In this document: piece by piece, positions 53,425-61,257 of the stretch | How the letters are laid out: the number at the start of each line of letters is the position of its first letter | Numbering within the stretch: the first letter of the stretch is position 1 | DNA from: Ignavibacteria bacterium | GTDB taxonomy: Bacteria > Bacteroidota > Ignavibacteria > UBA10030 | DNA length: 64,000 bases | Direction of reading: 5' to 3' | Assembly: GCA_016873805.1 (NCBI GenBank) | Contig: VGVZ01000014.1 | Coordinates: 8,522-72,521 of the forward strand | The notes under the pieces: generated by a model | Databases searched by the model: none | Seen by the model: the letters and a program-made list of their open reading frames with translations, nothing else | What the model was told of the DNA's origin: nothing | Translations under genes and position numbers: made by a program

Positions 53425-53961
53425 ATGAGGTTCTTCATCCTCGTTGCTCTCTGTTTTCTCCCGAGCGCGTTCACCGTGGCCCAGCCGAGCGGCATCGATG
53501 TGGGCCAACGGGCGCCCGAATTCACTCTTTCCTACGCGACACGGGATTCCGTCTCACGCGTTCCGCTCAGCCTGACGGAGCTCACTTCGAAGGGAAGCGT
53601 CGTGCTGGCCTTCTATCCCGCCGACTGGAGTGGAGGGTGCACGAGAGAGGTGTGCTCGTTTCGGGACAACTTCGCGGATCTCCAATCGCTCGACGTACAA
53701 ATCCTGGGGATCAGCGGCGACTATGTCTGGTCTCATCATGCCTGGGCCAAGCATCACGATCTTCCCTTCCGTCTGTTGAGCGATCACGACCACGCCGTGG
53801 CGAAGACATATGACAGCTACAATGAACGGTCGGGCTACAATCGGCGGACGATCTTCGTCATCGACCGAAGCGGGATCATCCGATATCGCAATCTTCAGTA
53901 CTCGGTCGCCGATTCCAAGGACTTCGAGCGATTGAAGGAGGAGCTCGCGAAAATCCGGTAA
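53425..53961 (+). CDS. Peroxiredoxin (AhpC/TSA/redoxin family) with signal peptide
   Basis: RBS AGGAGG upstream of ATG 53425. Thioredoxin-fold motif FYPADWSGGCTREVCSF. Confidence 0.8.
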   Translation: MRFFILVALCFLPSAFTVAQPSGIDVGQRAPEFTLSYATRDSVSRVPLSLTELTSKGSVVLAFYPADWSGGCTREVCSFRDNFADLQSLDVQILGISGDYVWSHHAWAKHHDLPFRLLSDHDHAVAKTYDSYNERSGYNRRTIFVIDRSGIIRYRNLQYSVADSKDFERLKEELAKIR

Positions 53962-54070
53962 TCGCGCCTGCTCTGGCGTCCCAGATTGGAATGTCTGAAA
54001 AAAATACCGTAGCTTGGGCGGTGATTTTTCTATCATCACCTCATTTACCACAGACAAGACTTCTTAAACT

Positions 54071-55108
54071 ATGGTTCATACGATTATGATGTTGCTACTC
54101 TCCTGGGGAATAACCGACACGGGAGCCCTCAGAGACGATCCGATCCATCATCCTGACGAGGCGCACTTCAAGAACGTCAGGCAATTGACGTTTGGAGGAA
54201 GAAACGCCGAAGCCTATTTCTCCTATGACGGCAAGTCGCTGATCTTCCAATCGACGCGCGATCCCTATGAATGCGACCAGATTATGAGAATGAATCTCGA
54301 CGGATCAAACCAGGTGTTGATTTCCACCGGCAAAGGAAGAACGACCTGCGGATACTTTTTCCCGGATGACAAAAAGATCTTGTACGCTTCAACCCATCTT
54401 CACGGCGTTACGTGTCCGCCGCCCACGGACCGATCCAAAGGGTACGTCTGGGGAGTTTTTTCTTCGTACGATCTCATCGTGGCCAACGCTGACGGAACTG
54501 ATCCAAAACCGCTCTTTGCTTCACCGGGATACGACGCCGAAGCGACGATCTCTCCCAAAGGGGACAAAATCGTCTTCACGTCGACACGCGATGGCGATCT
54601 CGACCTATTCACCATGAACATCGACGGCTCGAACGTGAAGCGGATCACGAGCGATATCGGATACGACGGCGGGGCCTTCTTTTCCTGGGATGGAAAGAAG
54701 ATCGTTTATCGTGCTCATCATCCGACCGATCCCAAAGAAGTTCAAGAGTATAAAGAACTCCTCGGCAACCAGATGGTAAAACCGAGTCAGATGGAAATCT
54801 TCGTGATCGATCCCGATGGGAAGAACAAGAAGCAGATCACCTCCAACGGAGCAGCAAATTTTGCTCCCTTCTTCCACCCCGATAACAAACGGATCATTTT
54901 CGGATCAAATGTCGAACGGGGGGGTCGGCAGTTCGATCTCTTCATTATGAACGTCGACGGCTCAAACCTGAAACGAATAACGAGGACGGGAGATTTCAAT
55001 TCATTCCCGATGTTCTCGAAGGATGGAAAGAAACTTGTGTTCGTCTCTGATCGTAATGCGAAAGGGAGTTATGAGTATAACGTGTTTATCGCTGATTGGG
55101 TGGATTAG
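54071..55108 (+). CDS. PD40/WD40-like beta-propeller repeat protein (TolB-like)
   Basis: Repeated SxDGxxIxF PD40 units. Confidence 0.7.
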   Translation: MVHTIMMLLLSWGITDTGALRDDPIHHPDEAHFKNVRQLTFGGRNAEAYFSYDGKSLIFQSTRDPYECDQIMRMNLDGSNQVLISTGKGRTTCGYFFPDDKKILYASTHLHGVTCPPPTDRSKGYVWGVFSSYDLIVANADGTDPKPLFASPGYDAEATISPKGDKIVFTSTRDGDLDLFTMNIDGSNVKRITSDIGYDGGAFFSWDGKKIVYRAHHPTDPKEVQEYKELLGNQMVKPSQMEIFVIDPDGKNKKQITSNGAANFAPFFHPDNKRIIFGSNVERGGRQFDLFIMNVDGSNLKRITRTGDFNSFPMFSKDGKKLVFVSDRNAKGSYEYNVFIADWVD

Positions 55109-55134
55109 GAACCCTCTGCCGAAAGGATGATTTC

Positions 55135-56943
55135 ATGAAGCATTTGATGAGTCTCCGTATTGCTGCCCTTCTGATCGTTTCATCCGTTGCACTCTCCCAA
55201 CCTGTTCGGACTCCGGACATCACGATCGACGAGCTTCGTCACCACCTTCGGTATCTGGCATCCGATGAACTCGAAGGTCGGCGCGCAGGGTCCAAAGGCG
55301 CGGATCTTGCTGCTGAGTACATCGGAAAGGAGTTCAAGGCGTACGGATTGAAACCTGCAGGCGATAAGGGAAGCTATTTCCAGGAATTCGAGTTTGTGTC
55401 GGGCGTCGAACTCGGGAAGAAGAATGTATTCGCCGCAGGAGCGGGAAAAGAGAAACATGCCTTCACACTCGGCGCCGATTTTCGGCCGCTCGGTTTCTCC
55501 TCCACCGGATCGTTCAAGGGAGGAGTGATCTTTGCCGGGTACGGCATCACGGCGACCGAAAAACAGTACGACGACTACGCCGGTATCGATGTGAAGGAGA
55601 AGGCGGTGATTTTCTTGCGGTACCATCCGGAGGGAGACAATCAGCATTCCGAATTCAACCAGTTCGCCGCGTATCGATACAAAGCCACGAAAGCGCGAGA
55701 GCTTGGAGCGAAGCTGATCATCGTTGTCACAGGACCGGCCGATTCAGACAAGGATGAACTCCTGCGCCTCAGTTACGACAACACGATCGGCAATGCCGGA
55801 ATTCTGGCAGTCTCGATGACGCGCGCATCGTTGGACAAGCTCCTCCAATCGAGCGGAACTACCGTCAAACAGCTGCAGGAAGAGATCAACACGGTGAAGA
55901 AACCGAAATCATTCAACCTTTCAAATGTCACACTCGATGTCGCGCTGGAAGTGCACGAAGTGCGGATGAAAACGAAGAATGTCATCGGTTATTTGGAGGG
56001 ATCCGATCCCGCGCTGAAGGATGAGATCGTGGTCGTCGGTGCCCACTATGACCACCTCGGGATGGGGGGCGAAGGATCGGGTTCACTGAAGCCGGACACG
56101 ATTGCCGTTCACAACGGCGCGGATGATAACGGATCGGGGACTGTGGGGATGCTCGAGCTGGCGCAGCATTTCAGTGCAAAGCGAGGTGAGCTTAAGCGAA
56201 GCATGATGTTCATGGCGTTTGCCGGCGAGGAACTCGGCCTGCTCGGCTCAGCGAATTTCGTTAAGAATCCCACCATCGATCTCTCGAAAGTCGCCGTCAT
56301 GATCAACATGGATATGATCGGCAGAATGAGCGAGCGGAAACTCATCGTGTATGGGATCGGAACTTCTCCCGGCTTCAAAGATCTTGTGAACTCGCACAAC
56401 AGCGATTCGGCGTTCGTCCTCAAGCTCAATCCCGACGGGTTTGGTCCCAGCGATCATGCGTCGTTCTACGGCAAGAACATCCCTGTCTTCCATTTCTTCA
56501 CTGATTTGCACGGTGACTACCATCGACCTTCGGACGACGAGCCGTTGATCAACTACGACGGGCTGGCGCAGGTGCTGCGATATGTCGGAGCGATTGCTGC
56601 AGATTTGAATCAGCAATCCGCAAAACCCTCCTACGTGCAGGTTGAGGCTCCGCGCCCCGCCGGTGGTGGACGCGGTGTACGGGCGTACACCGGCACGATT
56701 CCGGATTTCGGCGAGCAGTCGGAAGGGATGAAGATTTCCGGTGTGCGCGAGGGAAGTCCCGCTGCAAAAGCCGGACTTCAGGGGGGCGACGTCATCATCA
56801 AGTTTGGGAAAGTGGACATCAAGAACCTGTACGATTACACGTTTGCGCTGGGCGAGTACAACATCGGAGACGAAGTTGACATCGTCGTGAAGCGGGGGAA
56901 CGAAGTACTAACCTTCAAGATCGTGTTGGAGAGAAGAAACTAG
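55135..56943 (+). CDS. M28-family peptidase with PA and C-terminal PDZ domains
   Basis: M28 metal ligands (HYDHLG, DDNGSG, EE), C-terminal PDZ (GLQGGDVIIKFG). Start at the internal ATG 55135 with a signal peptide. Confidence 0.75.
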   Translation: MKHLMSLRIAALLIVSSVALSQPVRTPDITIDELRHHLRYLASDELEGRRAGSKGADLAAEYIGKEFKAYGLKPAGDKGSYFQEFEFVSGVELGKKNVFAAGAGKEKHAFTLGADFRPLGFSSTGSFKGGVIFAGYGITATEKQYDDYAGIDVKEKAVIFLRYHPEGDNQHSEFNQFAAYRYKATKARELGAKLIIVVTGPADSDKDELLRLSYDNTIGNAGILAVSMTRASLDKLLQSSGTTVKQLQEEINTVKKPKSFNLSNVTLDVALEVHEVRMKTKNVIGYLEGSDPALKDEIVVVGAHYDHLGMGGEGSGSLKPDTIAVHNGADDNGSGTVGMLELAQHFSAKRGELKRSMMFMAFAGEELGLLGSANFVKNPTIDLSKVAVMINMDMIGRMSERKLIVYGIGTSPGFKDLVNSHNSDSAFVLKLNPDGFGPSDHASFYGKNIPVFHFFTDLHGDYHRPSDDEPLINYDGLAQVLRYVGAIAADLNQQSAKPSYVQVEAPRPAGGGRGVRAYTGTIPDFGEQSEGMKISGVREGSPAAKAGLQGGDVIIKFGKVDIKNLYDYTFALGEYNIGDEVDIVVKRGNEVLTFKIVLERRN

Positions 56944-57094
56944 ATTTGCGCTTACGCAGAATCCCCACAAAGACGAACCGCAGAGGACACTGAGGGGCGC
57001 AGGGCACTTGCGAGGAGCGTCCTGCACAGATTGGATGGCTTTTTTTCTTGGAGATTCAGCAACCGTTCGTTATATTTGGTCTGTTTGGTTGCAA

Positions 57095-57171
57095 GGGGTC
57101 GTAGTTCAGTTTGGTTAGAACGCCTGCCTGTCACGCAGGAGGTCGCGGGTTCGAGTCCCGTCGGCCCCGCA
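57095..57171 (+). tRNA. tRNA-Asp (anticodon GTC)
   Basis: Cloverleaf read by eye: acceptor GGGGTCG/CGGCCCC, D-arm GTTC..GAAC, anticodon stem CCTGC/GCAGG with loop CTGTCAC, T-arm GCGGG-TTCGAGT-CCCGT. Confidence 0.9.
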
Positions 57172-57209
57172 AAAGCAAAAATGCCCCTCGCGGGCATTTT
57201 TGCTTTTGC
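57169..57209 (+). terminator. Intrinsic terminator after tRNA-Asp (first copy of a repeated block)
   Basis: Perfect palindrome GCAAAAGCAAAAATGCCC-ctcgc-GGGCATTTTTGCTTTTGC. Confidence 0.7.
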
Positions 57210-57299
57210 CATTGATGATGCGGCTGTGTCCCGCTCGCTTTTTGAGCGGGGTCGGCCCTCGCAGAAAGAACTTCTTTCACAGGAAGCCTTTTTTTTGTT

Positions 57300-57566
57300 G
57301 TGGCACACTGGGTTTACATCATCCAAAGTGAGGCTGATGGAACGTATTATGTAGGTTCAACGGAAAACGTTTCCGCTCGTTTGGAGCAACACAATCTTGG
57401 CTGGACACGCTCAACGAAAGCGATGCGCCCGTGGAAGGTCGTCCATATCCAAGAGTGTCAGACGAAAACTGAAGCGATGAAACGTGAACGACAGATCAAA
57501 CAAATGAAGAGCCGTGTCTATATCCAGCGGCTCATTCTGGGCGCAGGAGGTCGTCCCGATCCGTAG
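57300..57566 (+). CDS. Small GIY-YIG nuclease-family protein (YhbQ/UPF0213-like), GTG start
   Basis: WVYIIQSEADGTYYVGSTENVSARLEQHN is the GIY...YIG...R...E...N motif. The ORF's last codons and TAG stop lie inside the tRNA-like fragment at 57543-57591. Confidence 0.65.
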   Translation: MAHWVYIIQSEADGTYYVGSTENVSARLEQHNLGWTRSTKAMRPWKVVHIQECQTKTEAMKRERQIKQMKSRVYIQRLILGAGGRPDP

Positions 57567-57591
57567 GATCGGGAAGTCCCGTCGGCCCCGC
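57543..57591 (+). pseudogene. tRNA-Asp 3' fragment with the T-arm replaced by a 9 bp perfect hairpin (TCCCGATCC-gtag-GGATCGGGA), followed by a terminator copy
   Basis: GCAGGAGGTCG[TCCCGATCCGTAGGATCGGGAAG]TCCCGTCGGCCCCGC compared with intact GCAGGAGGTCG[CGGGTTCGAG]TCCCGTCGGCCCCGC. Confidence 0.7.
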
Positions 57592-57705
57592 AAAAGCAAA
57601 AATGCCCCTCGCGGGCATTTTTGCTTTTGCCATTGACGATGCGGCTGTGTCTCGCCTGTCCCGCCAGAAAGCGGCGGGATCAATTTGGTTCTTTGCAGGA
57701 CAATC

Positions 57706-57746
57706 GGGGTCGTAGTTCAGTTTGGCTAGAACGCCTGCCTGTCACG
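57706..57746 (+). pseudogene. tRNA-Asp 5' fragment (positions 1 to ~39, through the anticodon loop) directly upstream of the integrase
   Basis: GGGGTCGTAGTTCAGTTTGGCTAGAACGCCTGCCTGTCACG, then unrelated sequence. Confidence 0.7.
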
Positions 57747-57881
57747 AGTATTTCTCCACGGTTTCTTCTTCATTTCTGATTTGTTTTCCGCACAGCGCCC
57801 TTCAAGCACCTTTCACGTCTTCTGACACTTTCCAGCCTTAGAGCTCTCAGCATCACTCATCTGCCACTTTTTGGAGGAGTT

Positions 57882-58883
57882 ATGCCGAGCCTCATACGTC
57901 ACAAAAACGGGATCTACTACGTCGTTTCCACGGACAAGGGCAAGCGAATCTGGCGATCACTCCGCACGAAGAACCGAAGGCAAACCTACCAGGTGTTCCT
58001 TGAGCGAAATCCCGCGGAGGTAGAGCAACAGGCACTATGTCTACAAGAGGCGGAGAACCAGTATCTGGACTACGTAAGCACCAACTTCTCACCGACCACC
58101 GTTAACGTATATCGAAATATTTCTTCCCAGTTCAACAAGTTCATTGGAAACCCACGTATCAACGAGATCACCATACGCGATATTGAGTTATACAAGTCCA
58201 GCCGAATTCGGACTGTTTCTCCAAGTACTGTGAACCATGAACTTCGGGGACACAAGGCGTTCTTCAATCGCCTTGTTATTTGGGATCTCCTCCCAAGGAG
58301 TCCAATGAACGGTGTGAAAACGATCAGAATCACGGAGAAGACCAGGCCGTATCTCTCGAAGGAGGAACTTCAAAGGCTTCTCGACTACACGAGCGGGACA
58401 CCGCTTCACGATATCATACTTCTGACCGTTATGACCGGACTTAGGAGAGGTGAACTCATCAACCTAACCTGGGAAGATATTGACTTCGCTCGAGGCACCA
58501 TCCTCGTCAGGAGCCGTAAAAATCACCAAACTAAAGCCGGAAAGAAACGGGTCTTGCCTATGAACACGACCGCAAGAATTCTTCTGGGGCAAATGAAGGG
58601 CAGACAAGGAAGGCTTTTTTCGGGTGAACGAGGGGGATTACTTAACGGGAACCTCTTGAGAGCAAGATTCAAAAGAACGGTGAGGGCGTGTGGTTTGGAT
58701 AGCAGACTTCATTTTCACTCACTCCGACATACGTTTGCCAGTTTGTTGGTTAAGGAGGGTGTTTCTTTGTATCATGTACAGAAACTCCTGGGCCATTCCT
58801 CGCCACGAGTTACAGAAATCTACGCGCACTTAGGTGGTGCTGAGTTGCTTGGATCCGTTGAAAAACTCTGCAACGAAAGGTGA
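57882..58883 (+). CDS. Tyrosine-type site-specific integrase/recombinase
   Basis: Catalytic residues in conserved context: R (LRRGE), HSLRHTFAS, LLGHSS, and nucleophile Tyr in TEIYAH. Confidence 0.9.
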   Translation: MPSLIRHKNGIYYVVSTDKGKRIWRSLRTKNRRQTYQVFLERNPAEVEQQALCLQEAENQYLDYVSTNFSPTTVNVYRNISSQFNKFIGNPRINEITIRDIELYKSSRIRTVSPSTVNHELRGHKAFFNRLVIWDLLPRSPMNGVKTIRITEKTRPYLSKEELQRLLDYTSGTPLHDIILLTVMTGLRRGELINLTWEDIDFARGTILVRSRKNHQTKAGKKRVLPMNTTARILLGQMKGRQGRLFSGERGGLLNGNLLRARFKRTVRACGLDSRLHFHSLRHTFASLLVKEGVSLYHVQKLLGHSSPRVTEIYAHLGGAELLGSVEKLCNER

Positions 58884-58961
58884 TTGTTCAACGTCTCTTC
58901 GAGGCGGGTGGGCGTGGGCAGATCCCTGGAGAAAGGAGGCGAGGCATGTCGAAGGTGAACA

Positions 58962-59279
58962 CTAATGTGGCGTTTCTGTCTTGTACTCTCTTTGACGTAG
59001 TCGGGATCGGATAATATCATTAAGGAGAGCGCGATCGAATTCCTGAATATTGTCGACATCGATCTTCTTGGTCAATTCACCCCTGGAGTACTCTAACGCC
59101 AATTGACCGAAAATCTCATCAAAAAAGGATACCGAGGCGACCAACACATTTCCGAAGTCGATCCTTATGGTGTCAACTTTGTTCCACTGGTCAATGATCA
59201 GGTCGTGAACTACTTTCCCGTCGTCTCGAGTGACGATGTTTTTGCCACACGTTTCAATTATGTTGATCATGTATTCCAT
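58962..59279 (-). CDS. Small STAS-like (DUF4325-like) protein, putative partner of the adjacent GHKL ATPase
   Basis: 105 aa. IRIDFGNVLVASVSFFDEIFGQL resembles the DFSGV..ISSSFLDEL core of STAS/anti-sigma-antagonist-like domains. Family assignment is from memory only. Confidence 0.4.
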   Translation of the reverse strand: MEYMINIIETCGKNIVTRDDGKVVHDLIIDQWNKVDTIRIDFGNVLVASVSFFDEIFGQLALEYSRGELTKKIDVDNIQEFDRALLNDIIRSRLRQREYKTETPH

Positions 59280-59281
59280 AC

Positions 59282-60214
59282 TCAGAATATTGGCTCGTCT
59301 CGCATCTCTGATTCGAGGATATATAGCCCCTCTCCGTCGGCCCTCGCAATAATATTGACAATTGTGCCTTCAAAAGCAATCCGGAGCTTCTTCTGCCAAA
59401 TGGCGACACCATTGCCATTCTTGTAGTTCCAGTGGACCCATCCATCTCCAGACATGATATGGATTTCGCCCTCGTTGACCTTCAAGAATCTATGGATATG
59501 GGTTAATCCAAGACCAGCGAGTTTCCCAACGCGACTCGAAACGCCCTCTTCAATGGCAAGCTTAATTGCATCAATTGAATTTGTAAGATGAGCATAGGTG
59601 GGAACAGAGGACAGAGCCCTGAGGATACCACGCCCAAAATCTGTAATACAGATGTTTACGTTGCCTCGTTCGGTGTAGGATTGAGCGCAAACAAAACATC
59701 CTTCCAGTGTTTCACTATGGTCAAAGGTATTCGTCATCAGCTCGTTGATACTCAGGTGCAGGGAATCCTTCACCCCCTGGGACATAGTCAAAACACTCTG
59801 AAGAACGTTGATGATCGTGCTTGTGTATGTTGGATCCAATCCGTTGAAATGCCGTAGTTCCGCTTGGTGATGGGCATATTTCATGGCTCCATCTCGCCCT
59901 TTCCCCCATTCGTAGAATCCAATGCTTGTCAGATATTCATTGAGTTTCTTGTTGAGTGCAGGACGGTAGCTAACAACATGTCCGCGCGCGATACACGCTT
60001 TGGCGGCTCCAACAATGAAAGTGATAGCGAATGGATCGCTGAAGGCGCAATTGGACAAGTCAAACAGTATCTCCTGATCAGGGGAGAAAATTGCGGCTTG
60101 GCACCTTTCGATGATGCAATTGGCATTCCTGATGGTGAGAAGCAGCGGGAACTTTACGACATGCATATTGGAACTCGCGATGGTTGGCTCAGAGTATCGC
60201 AAAAATAGCAACAT
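59282..60214 (-). CDS. GHKL (HATPase_c) ATPase/kinase-like protein with N-terminal STAS-like domain
   Basis: N-box LSINELMTNTFDHS (ExxxNxxxH), G1 ITDFGRGI (DxGxG), G2 GKLAGLGL. The N-terminal ~140 aa (EILFDLSNCAFSDPFAITFIVGAAK) is STAS-like. Adjacent small gene separated by 3 bp. Confidence 0.55.
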   Translation of the reverse strand: MLLFLRYSEPTIASSNMHVVKFPLLLTIRNANCIIERCQAAIFSPDQEILFDLSNCAFSDPFAITFIVGAAKACIARGHVVSYRPALNKKLNEYLTSIGFYEWGKGRDGAMKYAHHQAELRHFNGLDPTYTSTIINVLQSVLTMSQGVKDSLHLSINELMTNTFDHSETLEGCFVCAQSYTERGNVNICITDFGRGILRALSSVPTYAHLTNSIDAIKLAIEEGVSSRVGKLAGLGLTHIHRFLKVNEGEIHIMSGDGWVHWNYKNGNGVAIWQKKLRIAFEGTIVNIIARADGEGLYILESEMRDEPIF

Positions 60215-60595
60215 TGGCGACCAATTTCAATTCCTGGGTTCATGAACTTTCTTCGGATGTTTTGACGACTGTCTGAGAATGACATCGGTCCCACCAATGT
60301 TGTGACAATCTGCGGGGTTGAAGATGGTGTCTTCCCGATCGCACAACTACCTCAGAAGCGATATGATCTCGGGATCGAGGAGGCAAATTGACGTGCAAAG
60401 ATAAAAACAGTCACGTCCAGCGAGGCGCTATCGCAATCAACATCATGGCGAGTGGATCGAAAAAGCACCCTCCGATTTCGGGATTAGACTTTTCGGGATC
60501 CACACAGTTAGATTTGACCCCGAGCCGGCGTAGTATGTGCTTGGAACGCCATCTGGCGAGTGATTAAGAAAAGTTATACCTTTCGAATGTTCCTT

Positions 60596-60671
60596 AGTTT
60601 GGTTAGAACGCCTGCCTGTCACGCAGGAGGTCGTCCCGATCCGTAGGATCGGGAAGTCCCGTCGGCCCCGC
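60596..60671 (+). pseudogene. tRNA-Asp 3' fragment (from the D-loop onward) with the same hairpin-substituted T-arm, followed by a terminator copy and flank repeat
   Basis: AGTTTGGTTAGAACGCCTGCCTGTCACGCAGGAGGTCG[TCCCGATCCGTAGGATCGGGAAG]TCCCGTCGGCCCCGC. Shares a 27 nt D-loop-to-anticodon-loop overlap with the 5' fragment at 57706-57746. Confidence 0.7.
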
Positions 60672-61257
60672 AAAAGCAAAAATGCCCGCGAGGGGCATTT
60701 TTGCTTTTGCCATTGACGATGCGGCTGTGTCCCGCTCGCTTTTTGAGCGGGGTCGGCCCTCCCAGAGCAGACCCAATCCCCCATCGAGGGGGTTGGGTCT
60801 TTTCTTGTAATGGGCACGTGACTCTATCCCGCCTGATTATTTTCACTTGCAGATAACTTGTGGGCGCTTAGCGTTTTCGAGAAAAAACTCTTCCGGTAGT
60901 GTCGTTACTCCAAAGAGATAAAGGATGCCTGTCGCTCCCCCACCTTGCAAGATACAACTACCCCTTCCGGCATGCGGCAAGATGTCTTCCTTTCGTTGAT
61001 CCAACCTCTCGACGCTCATCAGCATCGATGACACGGCCTTCCCGTCGAAACAGACCATGGAACGTTGATCCTCCTGAGTCTGCTGGAGATTGTTCCTTTC
61101 CGTCCTCTCTTGCAACACCAACGTGTGGAACGATAACGTACTTTTCCGATGTTCATCTGAGCGACAGTTTCCGGCAGCAATTCTCATTTTTGCTTCTCAG
61201 GAGTTATTTGTATATTAAGCTGATTTTTTCAGACCGCATGAAGGACAGAAGACGTAG

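Larger units (their letters stand above)
57170..60770 (+). mobile_element. Putative small tRNA-Asp-associated integrative element(s). Flanked by ~100 bp direct repeats (tRNA 3' part, terminator, ~60 bp flank) with an internal third copy. Carries GIY-YIG, tyrosine integrase, GHKL-ATPase and STAS-like genes.
   Basis: Repeat blocks at 57150-57270, 57543-57655 and 60596-60770. Integrase at 57882-58883 sits next to a 5' tRNA fragment. Confidence 0.55.

Noticed and set aside
57706-60671. A second functional tRNA-Asp gene split by an intron-like insertion
   Set aside because: The two halves are separated by about 2.9 kb encoding an integrase and cargo. The 3' half lacks a T-arm, so it is better explained as att-site fragments of an integrative element.
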